Translations under genes and position numbers: made by a program | In this document: piece after piece, positions 1 to 6,090 of the stretch | How positions within the stretch are numbered: position 1 is the stretch's first letter | Layout: every line of letters starts with the position of its first letter | Notes under the pieces: model-generated | Told to the model about the DNA's origin: nothing | Database searches by the model: none | What the model saw: the letters and a program-made list of their open reading frames with translations, nothing else | DNA from: an uncultured virus (IMG/VR IMGVR_UViG_3300031547_000001) | Lineage: Duplodnaviria > Heunggongvirae > Uroviricota > Caudoviricetes | DNA: 20,000 bases | Reading direction: 5' to 3' (one strand) | IMG/VR virus record: IMGVR_UViG_3300031547_000001

Positions 1-1173
1 CAGGTCGTCGTCCGACACGATGAGCGTCTCCGCGTCGTCCTCGTGAACGAACTCGTCGTGGATGTGCCGGGCCACCTCCATAGGGTCGGCGGCGTCAGGA
101 GCGAACGCGCGGCCGTCCTCAGCCTCGTCGGGCTTCGGACCGGACTCGGTCTTGACCTTGCTGGAGTCGAAGAGGTCGTATACGCGGATCCCGAGGAACT
201 CGCAGATCTGCTTGGTGCCCTCCTTGCCATAATTGCACTGGCCGGACTCGCACGTCATAACGACGCCCTTGTTGCCCTGCTCGAATTCGAACGAGGGGTT
301 GTGGTCGTCGTGGTCCGGATGCGGGCAGTTGGTCTTGTACCGCGTCGGGCCGATCTTCTCCAGAAAGAACCCCTTGGCCTCCAGCGCCTTGACAAACCGC
401 TGCATGCCGGGGCCCTCGGGCATGTCCGCCACGGAGAGCTGGAGAGTCGCGGAGCGCTTGTTTCCGGCCTCGATGGGAGCGCGCGCCTTGATGGTGTCCA
501 GCGTCACCTTCTTGAGCTGCGCGACCGTCTTACCAGCCTCCAGGTGATCCCGGATGTCCTTGCCCTTGACGGCCTCTCGGAAGAACGCCTTGACGCCCAC
601 TGCCTTCAGCGCGCGCCAACGCCGGAGAGCCGATGCAGCGCCAGGATAGTCCTTGCGCTTGGATTCGTCCTCGTGATTGAAGCGCGCCTGGTGCTCGGGA
701 TCGAGGTGGTCCCTGTCAACCAGAATATACACAGTGCCCTGGTAGCCCCGGAAGTGCTCGGCAACCTCCAGGGGGAATCGGGTGCCCAGGTGCGTAGTCG
801 TGGCGTAGACGTCGGCCAGGGCCCATGCGGCCTCGCAGTCCGGGCATCCCTCCACGAGGAACATGTGCGGAACGCGGTTGGCGATGGCCTCTTTGACGCG
901 GGGCAGGCCGTAGATCAGCGCCACGTGCTCCGGGTTGGTCCGGTCGTAGTGGTGGCAGTACCGGAACGTCTTGTCGACGTGATCGGTGAAGCCGGAGGGG
1001 TCGGCGATGGTGTAGCGGAACCGGCTGAAGACCCGGGTGCCCTCCGCGTTGTAGTACGGGAAGAGGTGCGTGAGGGTGCCGAAGTCCTTCTGGCTGTTAG
1101 CTCGGGTGCACTTGCACTCGTCGAGAGGGGACGGCTGCGGCGCGTACTTCTCGCGCTGCTTAGCTGCTGCCAT
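1..1173 (-). CDS. TOPRIM-domain DNA primase, probably primase-helicase (partial, runs off left edge)
   Basis: Hand translation from ATG at 1173 (SD AGGAGA at 1183-1188) gives 391 codons with no stop, starting MAAAKQREKY. TOPRIM motifs are MFLVEG (E108), YILVDRD (D153/D155) and GKDIRDHL. A CHC2-like zinc motif CPHPDHDDHNPSF...CESGQC follows at aa 283-313. The helicase is inferred to lie beyond the edge. Confidence 0.85.
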   Translation of the reverse strand, partial: MAAAKQREKYAPQPSPLDECKCTRANSQKDFGTLTHLFPYYNAEGTRVFSRFRYTIADPSGFTDHVDKTFRYCHHYDRTNPEHVALIYGLPRVKEAIANRVPHMFLVEGCPDCEAAWALADVYATTTHLGTRFPLEVAEHFRGYQGTVYILVDRDHLDPEHQARFNHEDESKRKDYPGAASALRRWRALKAVGVKAFFREAVKGKDIRDHLEAGKTVAQLKKVTLDTIKARAPIEAGNKRSATLQLSVADMPEGPGMQRFVKALEAKGFFLEKIGPTRYKTNCPHPDHDDHNPSFEFEQGNKGVVMTCESGQCNYGKEGTKQICEFLGIRVYDLFDSSKVKTESGPKPDEAEDGRAFAPDAADPMEVARHIHDEFVHEDDAETLIVSDDDL

Positions 1174-1218
1174 GCTCTTGGTTCTCCTGTGGTGCTTGTT
1201 GGGGCGGGGCAGCGGTTG

Positions 1219-1551
1219 TTACAGTTCCTGCTCTTCGTCCTCGAACTCCTCTTCCTCTTCGAGGTCGCTCATGTCGTCCTGCTCGTCCTCGACGTCCTCC
1301 TGGATCTCGGCGTCGTTGAGGGTGTCGGTGTGGACGAGATGGGCCAGGAAGGAGCGGGCTTCCGGCGTGAGGAACTCGCGGTGCACCAGGATCGCGTTCT
1401 CGACGTGAGCGGCTGCGAACTCCTCACGCCCCTTCTGCTCCATGTCGGGCTTACCGAGGCGCACACCTGAGGCGATCAGGCTGGAGGCCGACTTGATTCG
1501 GCTGTACACATTCTCGTTGGCGGTCTTCATACCCATGAGAAGGGGGTCCAT
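1219..1551 (-). CDS. Small helical protein with highly acidic C-terminal tail
   Basis: ORF-track frame 1219..1584 with phage-like codon usage, directly upstream of the primase. The start is uncertain (ATG 1551, 1536 or 1530, or TTG 1584; no clear SD). 21 of the last 35 residues are D/E. Confidence 0.75.
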   Translation of the reverse strand: MDPLLMGMKTANENVYSRIKSASSLIASGVRLGKPDMEQKGREEFAAAHVENAILVHREFLTPEARSFLAHLVHTDTLNDAEIQEDVEDEQDDMSDLEEEEEFEDEEQEL

Positions 1552-1595
1552 TCTGCTGCTGGGGAACGGGGTTGGGTCGTTCAAGGCTACGTCAG

Positions 1596-1605
1596 AACTA
1601 TACCC
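1596..1605 (-). promoter_or_regulatory. Putative leftward promoter -10 element (GGGTATAGTT)
   Basis: TATAGT fits the actinobacterial TANNNT -10 and lies just upstream of the leftward genes. The identical 10-mer occurs on + at 2040-2049. The -35 match is weak. Confidence 0.55.
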
Positions 1606-1684
1606 TCAACGGCCCCGGGTCGAAAGCGTGCCGTGTCGATATGAGATCTCGACAGAAAATGGGCAACGGCTCAGGAGCGTTGGG

Positions 1685-1985
1685 CGGATTCCGATGATTG
1701 AATCCGATGCGGCCTCTGATGGGAAAATCATCCGTTTGCGCAGGTAGGCATCAGTTTTAGGTCGGATGACGGCGGATGGCTGCCTATTCCCGCCGCCCCT
1801 TACGTTAGGCAGGCAGGCGTATAGGGGGCGGCAGGGGTAACGAGTAGGCTGTCCTCGTTCGAGGCTACTTTCTCTTATTCATCCGATCATCCGAAGAGAA
1901 GAGAGTGAAATAGGGTTCTACCAGCGGTTTCATGTCGATCGGATGAATTGGGCGCATCCGAGAGCATCCGAGGATTCATCGGATT
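1685..1985. repeat. Cluster of short ATCCG/CGGAT-core repeats in both orientations
   Basis: CATCCG at 1729, 1880, 1888, 1955, 1965; CGGATG at 1763, 1773, 1940; AATCCG/CGGATT variants at 1685, 1701, 1980. Tandem TCATCCGA x2 at 1879-1894. Perfect 12-bp inverted repeat at 1877-1888/1937-1948. Confidence 0.8.
1782..1849. other. Long imperfect GC-rich hairpin in the middle of the divergent intergenic region
   Basis: GCCTATTC (1782-1789) pairs with GAGTAGGC (1842-1849, one G-T). GCCGCCCC (1792-1799) pairs with GGGGCGGC (1825-1832). TACG (1801-1804) pairs with CGTA (1818-1821). Confidence 0.6.
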
Positions 1986-2019
1986 GGTCGGGGTCGACAG
2001 GGCGATGGCGGCTTGTGCA

Positions 2020-2049
2020 GTGACGCAAAAAAGGGGATGGGGTATAGTT
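2020..2049 (+). promoter_or_regulatory. Putative rightward promoter for the terS/virion operon
   Basis: GTGACG (2020-2025), 17-nt spacer, then TATAGT (2043-2048), upstream of terS. Confidence 0.6.
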
Positions 2050-2091
2050 GGTGTGTCGGAAATGGATGTAAAAAGGGCATTGGAGTGCACG

Positions 2092-2598
2092 GTGACGACA
2101 AATTCGGTGCCGACGGGGCGTGGGAGCGGCAGGAGGCATGACCTCACCGAGCAACTCAAGACGCAGATCGCAACACGAGCTGCACGTCTCCGTGTGCTGA
2201 GCTACACGTGGAAGCAGTGCCACGCCAAGATCCAGGAGGAGTTCCCTGAGGCCAATGTGTCGGAGAGCTCCATCATCAAGTGGGTCAACGAGCACATCAA
2301 GCCTGCGGCTGAGATTGCCGTTGAGGATTATCGACAGCAGCAGCTCGCTCAGATCGAGTTGGCCAAGCGGGCTATCATGCCACGTGTACAGAAGGGTGAC
2401 GACAAGGCCATTGCCTCGTTGAATGCTCTGATGAATCGCGAGGCCAAGCTGCTCGGGATGGATGCGCCGGTTCAGGTGCAGCTCGAAACCAAGCAGGTCA
2501 ATGACGAACTCGAAGTTCAGCGGATGCTGGCGGGCTTCATGGGCCACGTCATACCGGGTGAGGTTGTGAAGCCTGCTGAACTGGAATCGGGCGAATAG
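2092..2598 (+). CDS. terS: Terminase small subunit (HTH-type)
   Basis: First gene of the rightward operon. It has an HTH-like N-terminus and the REAKLLGMDAP motif typical of actinophage TerS-like proteins. GTG 2092 has SD GGAG at 2082-2085; alternative starts are 2053 and 2062. The ORF-track start at 1948 lies upstream of the predicted promoter. Confidence 0.7.
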   Translation: MTTNSVPTGRGSGRRHDLTEQLKTQIATRAARLRVLSYTWKQCHAKIQEEFPEANVSESSIIKWVNEHIKPAAEIAVEDYRQQQLAQIELAKRAIMPRVQKGDDKAIASLNALMNREAKLLGMDAPVQVQLETKQVNDELEVQRMLAGFMGHVIPGEVVKPAELESGE

Positions 2599-2637
2599 GG
2601 CGAGGCCGCGTATGGGCGCGTAACGGCCTATCTCGGA

Positions 2638-2687
2638 GGGGTTGGGGCAAGGGGGCTCGGACGGGGTACGGGGCTGTGAGAGCCCCC
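2638..2687 (+). other. G-quadruplex-forming motif overlapping an 8-bp inverted repeat
   Basis: Five runs of at least four G at 2638-41, 2644-47, 2651-55, 2663-66 and 2670-73, with loops of 2, 3, 7 and 3 nt. GGGGGCTC (2651-58) is complementary to GAGCCCCC (2680-87). Confidence 0.55.
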
Positions 2688-2789
2688 AAAGAATCCGTTC
2701 TCGGGTGTGATACGGACGGCGGGTGGTCGCTGTGACGGAGTGTTCGTGGTGCGGGAAGCAGATCACTGAGGAAGATGGGGAGGTATGGA

Positions 2790-3215
2790 GTGGACAGTTC
2801 GAATGCCGGGACAAGTGGCAGTGTGAGTTGCGCGTTGCCCTGCGAGGCCACGGTGTTGACGGAGTTCGAGACGGCATGGGCTGACTGGTTCGCCCGGAAT
2901 CCTGGAGTGGTCGCCTCGTACCGCAAGGCGATGGGAGAGTGGCCCATGGAGTACAGGGATGCCCCGGCTTGTGCCACGTGTCGACGGCATGAGTGCAAGA
3001 ATGTCGAGTGCAGGCGTATCACGTACAGGGCGATTGACCAGTCCAACTGGCCGTGCCCCTCCTGCGGCGGTCCATGCCACGTGTTGTTGGCACAGCACAG
3101 GACAGCGGTGTGTCGACACGACAAGGCTGAGAAGAAGCGGAAGCCCTATCGGCGCTACGCGCCACGTACCGTTGTCCGCAAGGGCGACGAGGAGGAGGTG
3201 AACAATGCCTGCTAA
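2790..3215 (+). CDS. Hypothetical Cys/His-rich (putative Zn-binding) protein with basic C-terminus
   Basis: Motifs CATC, HECKNVEC, CPSCGGPCH and CRH; tail KKRKPYRRYAPR. GTG 2790 has SD GGAGG at 2779-2783 (ORF-track start is 2775). Confidence 0.65.
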   Translation: MDSSNAGTSGSVSCALPCEATVLTEFETAWADWFARNPGVVASYRKAMGEWPMEYRDAPACATCRRHECKNVECRRITYRAIDQSNWPCPSCGGPCHVLLAQHRTAVCRHDKAEKKRKPYRRYAPRTVVRKGDEEEVNNAC

Positions 3216-3375
3216 GCGATACAAGGACGGGTGGATATGGGACGACAACAAGTCGACCATCTACAAGTCCAAGGCCGCTGCCGAACAGGCCAATGCCGCG
3301 ACGAACTCCAGTGGAGCTCAGCACTCGGTGTACTGGCCTGCCAGGAAGCCGCTCAGCAAGAAGAAGCCTGGCTGA
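3205..3375 (+). CDS. Small hypothetical protein, 56 aa (not in ORF track)
   Basis: Strong SD GGAGGTG at 3194-3200 and ATG at 3205. Translation MPAKRYKDGWIWDDNKSTIYKSKAAAEQANAATNSSGAQHSVYWPARKPLSKKKPG. The stop overlaps the next start (TGATG, 3373-3377). Confidence 0.75.
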   Translation: MPAKRYKDGWIWDDNKSTIYKSKAAAEQANAATNSSGAQHSVYWPARKPLSKKKPG

Positions 3376-3737
3376 TGAAGATCTGCACAGGTTGTGTATT
3401 CCACGATGGCAAGTCGATGTCTGGTGCGCAGTGGTGCTACTGCTGCGCGCTGGGCCACGGTAATGGAGAAGACATGGCAGTGATCGCGTACGACCCGACG
3501 ATCCACGGCGAGGACGACGTGCGTCGCAACCGGCTGAGGGAATGGCTGGAGGCGAATGGCCTCGACACGCGGTTCATCTCGGTGAACGGCACGATCCGAG
3601 TGGAGGGTTCACACATCCACTTCCTGGGCTATGTCCTGGACAAGGACGGCGTCAAGGTGCACGGGGACAAGGGTCCTCTGATGGCGGGCATGTCGGCCCG
3701 TCTCAAGGTCGAGTGGACGGAGCCGGACAATGGCTGA
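3375..3737 (+). CDS. Hypothetical protein
   Basis: Frame of ORF 3231..3737. It most likely starts at the TGATG-coupled ATG 3375 (Cys-rich N-terminus CTGCVFH...CYCCALGH) or at ATG 3474 (SD GGAG at 3465). Confidence 0.7.
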   Translation: MKICTGCVFHDGKSMSGAQWCYCCALGHGNGEDMAVIAYDPTIHGEDDVRRNRLREWLEANGLDTRFISVNGTIRVEGSHIHFLGYVLDKDGVKVHGDKGPLMAGMSARLKVEWTEPDNG

Positions 3738-4194
3738 GCTGGGTGTGACGGTGTCGGCGGCAGTTGAGCTGGAGGTTGGTGAGCGAACCCGAGCCTGGCT
3801 GATCTCCATGGGCTGGACGCCGCCTCAGGAGGAAGGCGCGGTCGAGACGCGAAAGGTTGTGGACCGGCTCGGCTCTCAGGGCGCAGCGATGGACAGGACC
3901 GCTGCCAAGGCTCGCCGCATCGCCCGGTTCTACAGGCAGGCCATGGACACCAGGACGCGTGGAGCGATCGACATGCTCCTGCTGGAGCTGGGTGTGGAGA
4001 TCAAGGAGCTGGACTCCGGCAAGAACGAGGGCTGGTCCTGGCTCGCTTCCGAGGCCCGCCACTCCAAGGCCAAGCAGCTGTACGACTCGCTGACCGAAGG
4101 GTCGCAGGCCGCCAAGGACGACCTGAACGAACTCCTGGACCTCGTGGGCATCGACCTGGGCGAGTTCCTCCGGCCGACGGTCATCAAGCGGTGA
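3730..4194 (+). CDS. Hypothetical protein
   Basis: Overlaps both neighbours and has phage-like codon usage. Contains an LISMGWTPP motif and a helical C-terminal half. Confidence 0.75.
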   Translation: MAELGVTVSAAVELEVGERTRAWLISMGWTPPQEEGAVETRKVVDRLGSQGAAMDRTAAKARRIARFYRQAMDTRTRGAIDMLLLELGVEIKELDSGKNEGWSWLASEARHSKAKQLYDSLTEGSQAAKDDLNELLDLVGIDLGEFLRPTVIKR

Positions 4195-4466
4195 CGACAC
4201 AAGAAGACCTCGATCAGGCGCACCGGGAACTCGAGAGGGCAATCGAGAACCTGTCGCGCCTGATCGGTGCCGAAGGGGTTATCTCGGAATGGACCGCTGT
4301 GGTGTCCTTCCAGTCCTTCGGCGCTAATCGAGGAGAAGGCACCACACAGATCATCCGCCTGTTCCCTGACGACGTGCCATATCACAGGAGCATGGGGCTC
4401 CTGGATTACGCGCTCACCAGGATGCGCCACAACATCGGAAGGCTCGACAATGACGATGACGATTGA
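4191..4466 (+). CDS. Hypothetical protein
   Basis: GTGA coupling to the upstream gene, 91 aa, and overlaps the terL start. Confidence 0.75.
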   Translation: MTTQEDLDQAHRELERAIENLSRLIGAEGVISEWTAVVSFQSFGANRGEGTTQIIRLFPDDVPYHRSMGLLDYALTRMRHNIGRLDNDDDD

Positions 4467-6036
4467 CGGCTATCTCCAGGAGGTGGCTGATACCTACACC
4501 GATGGCAATCGACAGGCGATGTCCTTCCTGCTGGGGACGGAATCCGGCCGACGCCATCTCACCAAGGATGAGCCGCTCCTGTTCGCCTTGACCTACATGG
4601 CCAACTCCCTCAAGATGCCCGCTCCCATCGCTGAGGCGGAAGGCGCGCAGTCTGAGGAGGGCGTCATCTCGATGTGTGAGTTCCACTGGGAGCTCTGCGA
4701 GAAGGCGCGTGACTGGAGCGAGAAGCCTGCCAGCCAGTACGGACCGGCCGAAGCGCGCGACGCCTACATCGCTCCGCGTGACGCGGGCAAGTCCACCTGG
4801 CTGTTCAAGATTCTGCCCCTTTGGGCGGCTGCACACGGACACGCCAAGTTCATTGCGGCCTTCGCCGACTCGGGGCCCCAGGCCAAGAAGCACCTGTCCT
4901 CCTTCAAGCGCGAACTGGAGACCAACGCACTTCTGCAGGCAGACTATCCCTTGCTGTGCCAGCCCATGAAGAGGCGCGGCAACGTCACGGTGTCCGACAC
5001 CCAGGAGATGTACCAGGCGCAGAGCGGCTTCGTGTTCGCCGCAACTGGAGCGGACACCTCAGTCCTGGGTATGAAGGTCGAGGACCAGCGACCCGACCTC
5101 ATCATCCTCGACGACCTGGAGCCCGACGAGTCCAGCTACTCCGCGTACCAGGCAGGCCAGCGACTCAACACCCTGACGGACGCCATCCTGCCCCTGAACA
5201 TCCGGGCGCGAGTTGTCCTGTCTGGAACCGTCACCATGCCCGGCTCGATCACGCACCAGCTCGTCAAGACCGTCCTGAACAAGGACGAGGAACCGGCCGA
5301 GTGGATCGTCACCGAGAAGTTCAAGGTGCACCACTTCAAGCCGATCCTCCAGAACGAGGACGGCACTGAGCGCAGCATGTGGCCGGAGAAGTGGCCCATG
5401 TCCTGGCTGGAGACCGTGCGCCACACCCGATCGTTCGCCAAGAACTACAACAACGACCCCATGGCGATGGACGGCCAGTACTGGACGCGCGACGACTTCA
5501 CATACGGCTCGCTGCCTTGCGCCAAGACCGTGCTGTCCATAGATGGCGCCGTGACCAACAAGGGCGGTAGCGACTTCACTGCGCTGGCCGTCGTTGGCGC
5601 CACGGGACACCCTGCTGGACATCCCGATCGTAAGTGCGAGGTCAAGTACGGCGTGGCCGTCAAGCTGTTGGGCGCAGCGCTGCGGAAGAAGGTCCTGGAC
5701 ATTCTCGAGATGTACCCCGAGATCAGCCTGATCCTGATCGAGGGAAACCAGGGCGGAGAGCTCTGGCGAGAAGTCCTGCATAACATGCCTGTGCGCATTT
5801 CCATATTCAGCAATTCGGAACCCAAGGAGGTTCGGGCCGGTCGAGTGCACGCGCTCTATCAGCGCATCCCGACGCGGGTCGTTCACACCGCCCGGCTTCA
5901 GGCCGTCGAGGAGAACATGGTGGGCTTCCCCAAGCTCAAGCACGACGACCTCGTGGACGCCGTGGGCAATCCCATCCTGAAGTTCCTCAAGCCGAAGCAA
6001 GCGCAAAGGCGGAGCGCTCGATCAGTGGGATACTGA
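4450..6036 (+). CDS. terL: Terminase large subunit
   Basis: Walker A APRDAGKST, Walker B LIILDDLE, and RNase H-like nuclease motifs SIDGAV...SDFTA and HDDLVDA. It precedes the portal gene. ATG 4450 follows GGAAGG. Confidence 0.95.
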   Translation: MTMTIDGYLQEVADTYTDGNRQAMSFLLGTESGRRHLTKDEPLLFALTYMANSLKMPAPIAEAEGAQSEEGVISMCEFHWELCEKARDWSEKPASQYGPAEARDAYIAPRDAGKSTWLFKILPLWAAAHGHAKFIAAFADSGPQAKKHLSSFKRELETNALLQADYPLLCQPMKRRGNVTVSDTQEMYQAQSGFVFAATGADTSVLGMKVEDQRPDLIILDDLEPDESSYSAYQAGQRLNTLTDAILPLNIRARVVLSGTVTMPGSITHQLVKTVLNKDEEPAEWIVTEKFKVHHFKPILQNEDGTERSMWPEKWPMSWLETVRHTRSFAKNYNNDPMAMDGQYWTRDDFTYGSLPCAKTVLSIDGAVTNKGGSDFTALAVVGATGHPAGHPDRKCEVKYGVAVKLLGAALRKKVLDILEMYPEISLILIEGNQGGELWREVLHNMPVRISIFSNSEPKEVRAGRVHALYQRIPTRVVHTARLQAVEENMVGFPKLKHDDLVDAVGNPILKFLKPKQAQRRSARSVGY

Positions 6037-6090
6037 GGGCTAAAGTAGACTGTGCGCGAACGCGCAATTGACCAGCCTCAGGAGTTAGCA

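Noticed and set aside
43..1470. 475-aa plus-strand ORF
   Set aside because: Antisense shadow of the minus-strand primase and acidic protein. It is L/V/G-rich with no motifs, while the opposite strand has an SD and catalytic motifs.
1538..1552. AGAAGGGGGTCCAT resembling AGAAATGGGGTCCAT at 9927-9941 as a shared operator
   Set aside because: There are only two imperfect copies, which cannot be distinguished from chance without a genome-wide motif search.
1685..1985. Repeat array as a CRISPR or mini-CRISPR array
   Set aside because: The repeats are only 5-12 bp, in mixed orientation and irregularly spaced, and no cas genes are present.
4267..4449. N-terminal extension of TerL from GTG 4267
   Set aside because: It lies wholly inside the coupled 4191..4466 gene and its sequence does not look like terminase; ATG 4450 fits better.
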